64,000 bases of DNA from Arcobacteraceae bacterium (GCA_963662945.1 OY759974.1:1696001-1760000), one strand, 5' to 3'. Counted from the stretch's first letter, positions 18,238 through 28,068 are shown. Notes: generated by a model from the letters alone, not told the origin. Numbers and translations are program-made.

Positions 18238-18528
18238 ATGTCAACAATAACAAAAAGGGTAACATTTATAGCAAAAGAGGGTTGTGAAGATAAAATGAAA
18301 GAGCTTTTAACAGCTATGGTTGAGCCATCAAAAAAAGAGGATGGTTGTATTTTTTATGATATTTTTCAATATGAAAATAATAGAAGAAAATTTTCAGCAA
18401 TCGAGTCTTGGCGAGATGAGAAAGCTTTAGATGGACATAAAGCAACAGCACATTATGCAGTATATAAATCTAGTTATGAGCCTTATTGTGAAGATAAATA
18501 TACTGATGAGTTAGAGATTTTAGGTTAA
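18238..18528 (+). CDS. ABM-family protein (LsrG / putative quinol monooxygenase-like)
   Basis: KEDGCIFYDIFQ, ESWRD, H.A.AHY; downstream of lsrK; TGnTACAAT at 18204-18212. Confidence 0.8.
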   Translation: MSTITKRVTFIAKEGCEDKMKELLTAMVEPSKKEDGCIFYDIFQYENNRRKFSAIESWRDEKALDGHKATAHYAVYKSSYEPYCEDKYTDELEILG

Positions 18529-18535
18529 TATTATT

Positions 18536-19000
18536 TTATAATTTTTTATAGATTGTAAAAAATTCTTGTAGATTATCAAAAAAGATATCTACAAGTTTAG
18601 GATCAAATTGTTTTCCCTTTTCATTTTTAATTATTTCAAATATCTTTTCATTATCCCAAAATAATTGATTTTTTCCAAGAGTATAAATATAATTAGCTAA
18701 AGCTACAATTCTTCCATGAATACTTATTTCTTCATCTTTAAGTCCCATAGGGTAACCATTTCCATCATATCTTTCATGACGTTCATAGGATATATTTGAA
18801 GCAATAAATTCAAATTGTTCATTTTGGAGTGTATCAAATATTTCTAGTTGTTCTTTATGATTATGTGTAATAGCTTTTTTAATAAGAAATATCTCTTCTT
18901 TATCTAATCCATGATATTTCGCTAAAACTTCTGCATATAAAGCTATTATTTCAAAATTTTTATCAAATGAATGATTTTGAGTTAAAAGATTTATAGACAT
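18536..19000 (-). CDS. Degenerate HD-GYP-domain protein lacking the HD dyad (possible pseudogene)
   Basis: Keeps HERYDGNGYP and GKQFDPKLV but lacks HDIGK; clear paralogue of 19099..20217. Confidence 0.7.
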   Translation of the reverse strand: MSINLLTQNHSFDKNFEIIALYAEVLAKYHGLDKEEIFLIKKAITHNHKEQLEIFDTLQNEQFEFIASNISYERHERYDGNGYPMGLKDEEISIHGRIVALANYIYTLGKNQLFWDNEKIFEIIKNEKGKQFDPKLVDIFFDNLQEFFTIYKKL

Positions 19001-19029
19001 ATTTTGTCCCTTTCTATTTTATTTGCAGA

Positions 19030-19061
19030 ATTGTAACTTGAACTAGTATCGTACAAGTAAC
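19030..19061 (-). promoter_or_regulatory. Direct-repeat box plus -10
   Basis: Minus strand GTTACT-N5-GATACT-N9-TACAAT. Confidence 0.6.
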
Positions 19062-19098
19062 ATTTTATTTTGTAATGATAAAAATCGTAAAAATGAGA

Positions 19099-20217
19099 TT
19101 AGTTGATGATATCTTTATAGTTTTCTCTTACTTCAAAAAACTCTTCTATATTATCAAAAAAGATATCTACAAGTTTTGGATCAAAGTGTTTGCCTCTTTC
19201 ATTTGCAATCATTTCAAAAATTTTCTCATCATCCCATGCTTTTTTGTAACATCTGTCACTTCCTAAAGCATCAAAAACATCTGCTAAAGCTGTAATTCTT
19301 CCATAGATACTAATATCTTCCCCTTTTAATCTTCGAGGATAACCATTCCCATCATATCTTTCATGGTGTTCATGTGCTACTTGAGCTGCTATTTGTAATA
19401 ATTTTCTATTTGAATGTTTCAACATCTCATAACCTAAAGATGTATGTGTTTTCATAAGAATTCTTTCTTCTTCTGTAAGGATTCCATCTTTATGTAAAAT
19501 TGCATCAGGAATAGCAATCTTTCCTATATCGTGCATAGGACTAGCTTCTTTGAGTAAAAGAATTTCTTCTTTCTCTAAGCCGTAATATTTTGCAAGTATT
19601 TCTGAATATAAAGTAACTCTCTTTACATGATTGCCTGTCTCTTTACTTCTATTTTCACATACTGTCCCCATTGTAAAAATAACTTCTCGTTGGGTTTCTT
19701 TTATCTCTTCATTAAGTGCATATATTTCAGATATTCTCTGTATCATTTGTTGTTCTAAATCATTATTAATTTCAATAAGTTGGCTTTTTTGATTTTTAAT
19801 AGTATTTTTAAGTTCAATTTTTTCAATTGTTTTAGTTATTGTATTTGTAAGTTCTTGATATTGTATAGGTTTTGAAACGAAACCTGAAATATCGGACTGG
19901 ATTAATTCTATAAAACTTTTTGTATCTGGATAACTAGAAAGTACAATTATAGGAATGAATTTATCTTTTTTTCTGATATTTTGAATGAAAGCAAGTCCAT
20001 CACTATCTTTCATATTTATTTCTGTGATAATTAAATCAAAACTTTTCTTATTGTATTTTTCTAAAGCTTCTGTTGTATTTGTTGCAGTTTCATAAGTAAG
20101 AAACATTTGGGTAAATACAGTTGTAATAGTAAGATGAGACATTGCATCATCATCAACAACAAGTATTTTAATATGATTGTTAATATTGATATTCTCGTAT
20201 AATGGATGAATTGACAT
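19099..20217 (-). CDS. Receiver plus HD-GYP c-di-GMP phosphodiesterase (RpfG-like)
   Basis: ILVVDDD receiver; ETGNHVKRV, MHDIGK, HHERYDGNGYP, ADVFDAL. Confidence 0.92.
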   Translation of the reverse strand: MSIHPLYENININNHIKILVVDDDAMSHLTITTVFTQMFLTYETATNTTEALEKYNKKSFDLIITEINMKDSDGLAFIQNIRKKDKFIPIIVLSSYPDTKSFIELIQSDISGFVSKPIQYQELTNTITKTIEKIELKNTIKNQKSQLIEINNDLEQQMIQRISEIYALNEEIKETQREVIFTMGTVCENRSKETGNHVKRVTLYSEILAKYYGLEKEEILLLKEASPMHDIGKIAIPDAILHKDGILTEEERILMKTHTSLGYEMLKHSNRKLLQIAAQVAHEHHERYDGNGYPRRLKGEDISIYGRITALADVFDALGSDRCYKKAWDDEKIFEMIANERGKHFDPKLVDIFFDNIEEFFEVRENYKDIIN

Positions 20218-20245
20218 ATATTACACCTTTAATTTTATAATCACA

Positions 20246-20277
20246 ATTGTAACGATAAGTAGTGTCATACAAGTAAC
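20246..20277 (-). promoter_or_regulatory. Direct-repeat box plus -10
   Basis: Minus strand GTTACT-N5-GACACT-N9-TACAAT. Confidence 0.6.
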
Positions 20278-20287
20278 AAATGTGACA

Positions 20288-20326
20288 AAAACTTCAAAGA
20301 TTAGACAATGTCAATCTTGAAGTTTT
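20288..20326 (-). terminator. Imperfect hairpin after the adhesin gene, probable terminator
   Basis: AAAACTTCAA-A-GATT-A-GACA / TGTC-AATC-TTGAAGTTTT. Confidence 0.5.
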
Positions 20327-20334
20327 AAATTTTA

Positions 20335-23300
20335 TTAGGCAATTGTCACAGCTGCATCTTCACTTACTTTTACTGTTACAGTTGGATCACTACTATTTGT
20401 ATATGTTTCAAAAGAATCTCCGCCATAGGTTATATTTGAACCTTGTACCCAGTTTCCTCCTGTAAGTGCTACACTATCTCCATTATCAGCAATAATGATG
20501 AGGTCATTTGTCCCATCTGTTACATTTATAACATCTTGTAGAGTTACATTTGTAATATTAGTATCTCCATTTTGAGTTAAATCTATTTTTTCTATACTTG
20601 TTGAAGTAATAGTTGAAAAGTCAATTCCACCAACACTTAATTCAAGTCTATCTGTTTCACCAACTGTTCCAGCTGTTGTAATATTTGTAATAAGATTATC
20701 CGTTGTAGCTGTAAATGTACCACTCTCTACACTTGAAATTTTTGCACCATCATCAGATTCTACAGTTTTAAATGTGTAATTGATAGTTTCACCTTGCAGT
20801 CCCTCTTTTTGAAAAGTTAAAGTATTTAGTTTATCTGTTGCTAAATCTATATTTGAGATAGTATAAGTATCTGTACCATTATCATAGGTTACATTTGCCA
20901 TAATATTAATTCCATCTTGTTTAAAGGTTACATCATTAGCACCAAATCCACTAAGTGTCAAAATACCAGTTTCTGAACCATCTAAGTCTCCAGCATTTGC
21001 ATTTAAGTTAATAGCTACATCGACACTTGCTGTTTGAGTTGTATTATTTGGAGTTACACTATCAAAACCATCTACTACACTATTTACAGTAACAGTAAAA
21101 GGTTTAGAAACTGTAGTTGTAGAACTTCCATCTTTGACTACAGTATCAAGTTGTAATGATACATCTGTAGTACTACTCCAGTTTTCTGGCGCTTTTAACC
21201 ATACTTTTGGGATACCACCACTTATATTTATAGTCCAGTTGTAGGTATTATAAAGAGTTCCATCTATAGTAACTGTTCCTGTTTGACTTCCTTTTGTTGC
21301 CAAAGTTTGATGAGCATCTCCAATATAAAGTAAAAAACCTTCAGGTACATCATCAATAAACATTGACATTACACTTTCTGAGCCATCATCATCTATTTGA
21401 TCTGCACCACTTAGAGGAGTTGAGTTTGTTTTATCTGCAAAAATTTGGATATAAGTATCTTCATCTCCCTCACCTTTCACATCTGGTAATAATAGTCCAT
21501 CTGCAACAGGAGATACTGAGATAGTAAAATCTTTTGAAGTTTCTGAAATATTATCAGCACCTGTCTCTTTTGCAAATACAGTATAGGTAAAAGTTACATT
21601 ACCAGAAGCATCTTGTGTTGGAGTGAATTTTAAACTACCATCATTTATATGAGTTATATCTACATCTGCAACTGTATGAGAAGCATCAAAAGTATAAGTT
21701 CCACCTGTCCATGTAAGTGTTCCATAGATTCCACTTTTATGTGTAATAGCTATTGTAGTTGCAGCATTTGCATCAGCAGCACCTTGAACAATTGAATAAG
21801 CAGGATCATCAACCGTATCAAAACTAATATTAATCGTACTCTCTCCATCTTCATTGATATTGTTTTTTACTACAGTTGAAGTGATATCATCAGTTATAGG
21901 AACTACATCTACGCTAAAAGGCTTATCTGCTGTGGTATCTCGTGCCCAACCATCACCAACATACGCAGTGAGATTTACATCAAAAGAGAGTTGATTTGAT
22001 ACACCAGCATTATTTTCATTGTAGTTTTCACTTGCAATCATTTTGATTTTGCTAAGTATATCATTTATACTTGCTTGAATATTTTGCTGTTGCGCTGTTA
22101 CTGTAATAAGATGTATACCATTGTAACTATTTACATGACTATCTGTATAGGAGTCAGTTCTATCAAAACTTACATTTGTTAAGTTACTAAAAGCTAGCGA
22201 ATAGGTAACTGACGCAGTAGGGTCAATATTATTATCAACATTACCACCTTGACCATCTCCTATTATTTCGATGATTCTATTAGTGTTATCAGTATACAGA
22301 GCAAATTGAGTATCTTCTTTTACCTCTATAGCATGTACATTCATATCCACATCTATTTCAGAAGAGCCTATTCCACCTACAGGGTCAGGTAAATTGTTTA
22401 TAAATTCGATTGTTTTGATTGCTTCTTCTATATTGTCTGACTGTGCACCAGTATCATGAGCATAAGCAGTTATTTTTACAGTTGATGTATCTGCAAAATG
22501 TCTTAATGAGTCATTAACTTTAAAATTTACCGTATAGCTTGAACCATTTGTATCTATAGCTTGAGAAGGTATATCTAAAAACCAGATATTTGTATCACCA
22601 CTGATTGCCATAGTTGCGTATGGGTCATCAACAGTAATACCTCTTTGCACCCCTTCTATTACAAATCTTGTAAAGTTTTCAGAACCATCGGTATCTCCAC
22701 TTGTCACATCTATATCAAAACTAAAAGTTCCCACTTCATTGATAGTTACAGTTGAAGCTGCATCATCATAAACAATATTGTTTGGAGATGTACCATTACT
22801 TGTATCAACAGAAATAGTATCTGTAACAGAAAGAAGTGAGATATTATAAACTCCACTTGCTTCTTCATTTGTACTTGTAAAAGTTTCACCATTTGCAGTC
22901 ACGGCATCTGAAACAGTATATTTAATACCAAATGAGCTATCGCTTGTGTTTGCACTCCCAACATTTGTGTCGTATTTTATATACACACTGCCTGTAGCTG
23001 TTCCTGTGAGTTTATAATAAGCACCCTCATCAGTAATATTTGCACCTGCACTTAAAACAGTAGTTGCACCAGCATCTGTATAAAGAGTAAAGTCTTTTCC
23101 AGTAATATCTGCTTTATTTATCCAAAGAGCATCAAGTGTTTCATTTGTATCACCATTTTGGTGTTGTATTGCAAAACTAACTTGACTAGCTACATCTTCA
23201 GTAACATTTGCACTTGTAGTTACAGTAGCTTCTACTAATGGTTTGACAAGAATACTTACATCTTTTTCAAATGCTTTACTATCTCCATCATTTTCAACAG

Positions 23301-26028
23301 TAGTATGTATCACTTTAAAAGTAAAATCTCCACTAAAGTTTTTAGAAGTTTGTAAGATAACCTTGTCTAAGTCAGCCACATCAAAACTCCACTCTCTACT
23401 AGTACCTGTTTTCCCATTAAAAGATATACCTACAGCATCTTGAATAGTAAAGTTTGAACCAAGGTTTGTTATAACTATACTTAAAGTTTCTGAATCACTA
23501 TCATACGAATCAAGTCCTGCTTCTTTATATAAATCTTTAAATGATATAGTTGCACCATTGTTTGTATTTGAGTTATCTTCTATAACAACATCGCTATATA
23601 TATTTTTTGCTGTATCTGCATTTATAGTCTCATTTGAGTCTAATTTTTTAAAATCATCATGTACAGGAATATCAGCAACACCATCAACAACTACATTGAT
23701 AGTTTTTGGAGCAGTTGTACTTGAGATACTATCTCCATCTTTAGTAAAGGCTGTTGCTTCAAAGTTGTAGTCAGCATTACTATTGTGTGGTGGGATAAAT
23801 TTTAGTGAGGCATTATTATCAAAGTCTGCTATAGTTATCTTCCAAGTACCATCACTATTATCTAAAATAGTTACATTTGGATTTGTTCCACTTATTATTC
23901 CTGAAGCATCTACTGTGATAGTTCCATTTGCATCGCTATAGTATATTGCACCACCATCAGGTATCTTATCAATTATTGTGGTAATCTCTTCTCTTCCACT
24001 TGTATCAACAACAGTAGCTGTTATATCTAAATCTATACCATTTTGTGGTGCTGTTATAGTCTCAGGATTTGAATCATTAGTTGTATTTCCATTTGCTCTT
24101 CCTGCATCTTCATCTCCTGTAGCTTGAGCTGCATTAAGAGCATCTATCCCATTTGCTACATTTTTTACATTGATTATAAGATAATCAGGAGTTGAGATAT
24201 TTGTATTTTGATCAGCAGGTGCACCTGTCTCACAATCTACAGTGATAACTTCCATTTTTACCTTAATTTCTCCAGCAAAAAAATCAGTTGGTTTTATTTG
24301 AAGTGTAGAGATATATTCAAAAGGGATAGTAACTCCATCATTTACATCCGTAACAGTAAGTTCATGATCTGCACCATCATTGTATAAAAATTTAAACCCA
24401 ACTGGAACTCCACTTAGTTTTACTGTTGTTATCTCAGAAGCAAAAAGATTAGCATTATTTCCTCTATCATCTTCATTTGTTACATTCAATCCTGTAAGTG
24501 GTATATAGCTATAAGTTGCACTTTCATCTATTGAAGCATAAGTAACATTACCTTGTGTAAGCACATCATTATGTGAGTCATTGTTTGTGTCTGTTGTTTT
24601 TGATTCTGCTATTGGAGTTACAGTTACTTTTACACTATCATTTACTATAGTTGTATTGTCACTTCTTACTACTTCGTAAGAAAACTCTGCATCTTCTCCA
24701 CAATAATGAGAAGAAGGGGTAAAAGTCACAGTTCCATCTCCATTGTTAGTGACAGTTCCTACAACCTCTCCATCACTTGTTCGTGTAATATCTATAGATT
24801 CATTTGTTCCTAAAGTTTTTTGAGTTGAAGAGGAAGTATCTGTAATAATAATATCTCCACCTATATCATTAAGAATAATATCTTTTGTAGTTTCTTCTGT
24901 TGTTGTAGTAAGAATATTTGTTGCCACATCTTTATCAAACATTAAAAATGGTTGTGTAGCACTATTTGAAATATCTCCATTGCTATCAATAATTTTGTAT
25001 GTAAAACTATCAGGAGTATGTTCTGTAATAGCGATACCCGTTGGGTCAAGTTCCCAAGTACCATTTTGATTTACAGTTAAAGTCCCTAGAGTTGTATTAA
25101 TAGTATAGCTTGAATGAGTAGTGTCAAATGTATATGTGGTATTATTATAAGTAAACTCTTTTAGTTCTTTCCCATTGACTAAACCATCATTTCCTGCTAT
25201 GTCATTTGACAATAATTGACCACTAACTGTAGCACCAGCTTCTTTAACGATAACTTTAGTATCATCAACAGCTATTGGAATACTATTAATAGGTAGAGTT
25301 TCTTCATTGTTGTTTATGACACCTGCATCACTTTCATTCTCAATATCACCTTCATATTTTGGTTCTTCTTTTTCTCCACCCCAATATGCTTCTCTTAAAT
25401 CACTTACAATATCTGTACTATCTCCATCTCTTGGAGTAAATGATAAACCTGTATCAGTATTTGTATTGAGTAAATCATCATTTTGTATTTTTTCATAATC
25501 CATAAGGCTAGGCCAATTAGCATCTCTTAAATCACTATTAATATCTGTTCTAGCACCATCTAATGCTGCAAATTGATTTTGTTGGGCTTCTTCCTTATCT
25601 GTTGTATATTCACTATCTTTTCCACCAAACTGTGTTTTTCTTAAATCACTGTTTACATCAGTTTGAACGCCATCAAGTTGTGTAAATGTAACAGATGGAG
25701 TATCTTCTGTTTCTTTTGGATTTGATGAAGAAAGGTCTAATGCTTTATTGATCTCTTCAGGACTAAAAGCTAGTTCTTCATTATTTAATCCTTGATTTAG
25801 AAGTGTTTTATCCAAAAATTGTTCATTTGCAGAAGTCAATACTAAAGGTTTAGTTCCATCTGTTGGTGTAATAGTTACCGTTGCACTTAAATAATTATTT
25901 CCATCTGGAACAATAGTCTCATTTTCATAAACTATATCACCATCTTTAAGTTCTTTTAAATTACCCTGAGAGTCTTTTACATAGAATTTACCGCTTAGAT
26001 TTTTTACTACTCCAATAACTTGTGCCAT
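20335..26028 (-). CDS. Giant T1SS-secreted adhesin (LapA/BapA-like, retention-module N-terminus, Ig/cadherin-like repeats)
   Basis: N-terminus MAQVIGVVKNLSGKFYVKD; acidic T/D-rich repeats (PIAVDD, PVADG, DEDT); C-terminal IEKIDL...LQDVINVTD; adjacent T1SS. Confidence 0.88.
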   Translation of the reverse strand: MAQVIGVVKNLSGKFYVKDSQGNLKELKDGDIVYENETIVPDGNNYLSATVTITPTDGTKPLVLTSANEQFLDKTLLNQGLNNEELAFSPEEINKALDLSSSNPKETEDTPSVTFTQLDGVQTDVNSDLRKTQFGGKDSEYTTDKEEAQQNQFAALDGARTDINSDLRDANWPSLMDYEKIQNDDLLNTNTDTGLSFTPRDGDSTDIVSDLREAYWGGEKEEPKYEGDIENESDAGVINNNEETLPINSIPIAVDDTKVIVKEAGATVSGQLLSNDIAGNDGLVNGKELKEFTYNNTTYTFDTTHSSYTINTTLGTLTVNQNGTWELDPTGIAITEHTPDSFTYKIIDSNGDISNSATQPFLMFDKDVATNILTTTTEETTKDIILNDIGGDIIITDTSSSTQKTLGTNESIDITRTSDGEVVGTVTNNGDGTVTFTPSSHYCGEDAEFSYEVVRSDNTTIVNDSVKVTVTPIAESKTTDTNNDSHNDVLTQGNVTYASIDESATYSYIPLTGLNVTNEDDRGNNANLFASEITTVKLSGVPVGFKFLYNDGADHELTVTDVNDGVTIPFEYISTLQIKPTDFFAGEIKVKMEVITVDCETGAPADQNTNISTPDYLIINVKNVANGIDALNAAQATGDEDAGRANGNTTNDSNPETITAPQNGIDLDITATVVDTSGREEITTIIDKIPDGGAIYYSDANGTITVDASGIISGTNPNVTILDNSDGTWKITIADFDNNASLKFIPPHNSNADYNFEATAFTKDGDSISSTTAPKTINVVVDGVADIPVHDDFKKLDSNETINADTAKNIYSDVVIEDNSNTNNGATISFKDLYKEAGLDSYDSDSETLSIVITNLGSNFTIQDAVGISFNGKTGTSREWSFDVADLDKVILQTSKNFSGDFTFKVIHTTVENDGDSKAFEKDVSILVKPLVEATVTTSANVTEDVASQVSFAIQHQNGDTNETLDALWINKADITGKDFTLYTDAGATTVLSAGANITDEGAYYKLTGTATGSVYIKYDTNVGSANTSDSSFGIKYTVSDAVTANGETFTSTNEEASGVYNISLLSVTDTISVDTSNGTSPNNIVYDDAASTVTINEVGTFSFDIDVTSGDTDGSENFTRFVIEGVQRGITVDDPYATMAISGDTNIWFLDIPSQAIDTNGSSYTVNFKVNDSLRHFADTSTVKITAYAHDTGAQSDNIEEAIKTIEFINNLPDPVGGIGSSEIDVDMNVHAIEVKEDTQFALYTDNTNRIIEIIGDGQGGNVDNNIDPTASVTYSLAFSNLTNVSFDRTDSYTDSHVNSYNGIHLITVTAQQQNIQASINDILSKIKMIASENYNENNAGVSNQLSFDVNLTAYVGDGWARDTTADKPFSVDVVPITDDITSTVVKNNINEDGESTINISFDTVDDPAYSIVQGAADANAATTIAITHKSGIYGTLTWTGGTYTFDASHTVADVDITHINDGSLKFTPTQDASGNVTFTYTVFAKETGADNISETSKDFTISVSPVADGLLLPDVKGEGDEDTYIQIFADKTNSTPLSGADQIDDDGSESVMSMFIDDVPEGFLLYIGDAHQTLATKGSQTGTVTIDGTLYNTYNWTINISGGIPKVWLKAPENWSSTTDVSLQLDTVVKDGSSTTTVSKPFTVTVNSVVDGFDSVTPNNTTQTASVDVAINLNANAGDLDGSETGILTLSGFGANDVTFKQDGINIMANVTYDNGTDTYTISNIDLATDKLNTLTFQKEGLQGETINYTFKTVESDDGAKISSVESGTFTATTDNLITNITTAGTVGETDRLELSVGGIDFSTITSTSIEKIDLTQNGDTNITNVTLQDVINVTDGTNDLIIIADNGDSVALTGGNWVQGSNITYGGDSFETYTNSSDPTVTVKVSEDAAVTIA
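25381..25686 (-). repeat. Three copies of a 20-aa motif in the adhesin N-terminal region
   Basis: FTQLDGVQTDVNSDLRKTQF (25627-25686), FAALDGARTDINSDLRDANW (25513-25572), FTPRDGDSTDIVSDLREAYW (25381-25440). Confidence 0.85.
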
Positions 26029-26090
26029 TTTTTATCCTTATTTAAAATTTGTATATTGTATTTTGATTATGAATTCAAATCAATCATACT

Positions 26091-26702
26091 TTAGGGTGGG
26101 GTTTGTTTTTTATTTCTACCAAAAAGAAGAGATAAAGATAAACGATTTTTTACATGTAATTTTTCATATATATTTTTTGTATGTGATTTTACAGTATTGA
26201 TTGAAATGCTGAAATGTTCAGAAATATCACTATTACTAAAACCATCTTTTATAAGTAGAGCTATTTCTAACTCTCTTGATGTAAGAATTTGAGTAATCTC
26301 ATTTGGGATAGTTTTTTCTTTCTGGAAACTTTGAATTAATGATGTTGTAAATTCAGGATATATCCAAATCATCTTATTTTTTATTGTTTCAATTGCCGAG
26401 TTTAGATATATAGTATTCATTTGAACATTTCCATAACCTTGAATTCCAAGAGAAAGAATATTTTTCCCTTTTTCAAAAGTTGGAGTTCTATCTAGAAGTA
26501 GAATGTTTATATTATGTATCCGTGCACTAGATAAAACTTTTAATAAGTTTTTATAACAATAGGTATAATCCAAGATAAGTAATATATTTTTATAATGATA
26601 AAGTTTATTAATATCTTCTAGTATTTCTGTTGAACAACAAGTGATTTTTTGTTTCCAATTGTAGAGTAACATTAAATCTTCACTATATAACATTACATTC
26701 AT
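26091..26702 (-). CDS. LuxR-family regulator with degenerate receiver domain
   Basis: LTSRELEIA...GFSNSDIS...SINTVKSHTKNIYEKL; ATG at 26702 lies 1 nt after the HlyD stop. Confidence 0.88.
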   Translation of the reverse strand: MNVMLYSEDLMLLYNWKQKITCCSTEILEDINKLYHYKNILLILDYTYCYKNLLKVLSSARIHNINILLLDRTPTFEKGKNILSLGIQGYGNVQMNTIYLNSAIETIKNKMIWIYPEFTTSLIQSFQKEKTIPNEITQILTSRELEIALLIKDGFSNSDISEHFSISINTVKSHTKNIYEKLHVKNRLSLSLLFGRNKKQTPP

Positions 26703-26703
26703 T

Positions 26704-28068
26704 TTATCTATCTCCAAAAGCATATTGTTTTGTTTTCAAAATAGGTTTTAAGATATAACTTAAGATACTTTTTTTGCCAGTTAATATATCCACTTGTGCA
26801 GTCATACCAGGTATTATTTTTAAGTCTTTTGATTGTACCAAATCACTTTTTTGCGTCTCAATTCTTACTATATAATAAGTATTGTCATCTTTGTCTTTTA
26901 TGGTATCTGGACTTATATTTACAACTTTCCCTTCCAATCCTCCATAAATAGAGAAATCATAAGCAGAAAACTTTACTATTGCTTTTTGAGATGGATAAAT
27001 AAAAGCTATATCAGAGGGTTTTATTTTTGCATTTACAAGAAGTTTTTCATTTGTTGGAACTATCTCGATGAGATCATCTCCTGGTTTTACAACACCTCCT
27101 ATTGTATGAACAAAAAGCTTTTGCACAACACCATCTCTTGGTGCTTTTACGATAGTTCTTGTGACTTGGTCTTCTAAAGCTTTAGAGTTACTGATTGCTC
27201 TATTATATTCAGATATAGACTCGTTAAGTTCTTGTTTTGCTTTTGCAGAAAAAGAGAGTTTTGTTTCCTCTATTTTATGTAAAATTTCATTGATTTCAGA
27301 CTGTAATCTAACAATAGAAAATTCTGCACTTTTAAACTCATCTAAAGCATTATTTTCCTCTTTTTGTAATCGTAATAAATCAACTTGAGAAGCAATACCT
27401 CTTTCAACCATAGGTTCAGTCATACTAATCTCTTTTCGTATCATTTTTAAAGATTTTGAAAGATAGGTTTTTTTTGATTTTGCATCTTCAAAAGAGTTTC
27501 TCTTTTGTATAAGTTGTTCATTGAGGACATCTAAACTTGAATTAAGTTGATTGATATTTGTTTCATAAAGGCTTAACTCATTTTTGACATAAGGTTTTAT
27601 AGCTTCATTGTTTGCTTTTGTTAAATCAAATGCCTCCCCTTTTGATTGTGCTGTGAGCCGTAATATTTTTGCCTCAAGAGAAAGTGCTTTTACTTCATTT
27701 GATTCAAAAGTTGAGAGAGATTTTTCATTGTTTATTTTAAGTAAAATATCTCCTTTTTTAACTACAGCTCCCTCTTTGATAAGGATATCTTCAACAATTC
27801 CACCCTCAAGGTTTTGTACTATTTGATTTTCATTACTAGGGATTACATCTCCACTACCTCTTGCAATCTCATCTATTTGAGATATTGCTGCCCAAAGGAA
27901 GAAAAAGCATATTGCAATAGACCAAAATATAAGTACAATATGAAGTTTTTTTGGATGTTTTTCTAAAACAGCACTGCTAAGACTATCCATATATTCGTAA
28001 TCTTCACGAGTGAGTTCTCGTTTTTTTGGAAGTATTGTTTTTCGTTTAAATTTATTTAAATCTATCAT
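26704..28068 (-). CDS. HlyD-family T1SS membrane fusion protein (LapC-like)
   Basis: VQNLEGGIV, VKAPRDGVV, TIGGVVKPG, AYDFSIYGGL, PGMTAQVDI. Confidence 0.95.
   Translation of the reverse strand: MIDLNKFKRKTILPKKRELTREDYEYMDSLSSAVLEKHPKKLHIVLIFWSIAICFFFLWAAISQIDEIARGSGDVIPSNENQIVQNLEGGIVEDILIKEGAVVKKGDILLKINNEKSLSTFESNEVKALSLEAKILRLTAQSKGEAFDLTKANNEAIKPYVKNELSLYETNINQLNSSLDVLNEQLIQKRNSFEDAKSKKTYLSKSLKMIRKEISMTEPMVERGIASQVDLLRLQKEENNALDEFKSAEFSIVRLQSEINEILHKIEETKLSFSAKAKQELNESISEYNRAISNSKALEDQVTRTIVKAPRDGVVQKLFVHTIGGVVKPGDDLIEIVPTNEKLLVNAKIKPSDIAFIYPSQKAIVKFSAYDFSIYGGLEGKVVNISPDTIKDKDDNTYYIVRIETQKSDLVQSKDLKIIPGMTAQVDILTGKKSILSYILKPILKTKQYAFGDR

Noticed and set aside
25381..25686. Regularly spaced repeats considered as a CRISPR-like or nucleotide-level array
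   Set aside because: Conservation is at the protein level with synonymous divergence, inside an open frame; no cas genes in the window
26074..26100. Possible LuxR/NarL-type site (CATACTTTAGGGTG) upstream of the adhesin
   Set aside because: Single weak, imperfect palindrome overlapping the luxR stop; not enough support
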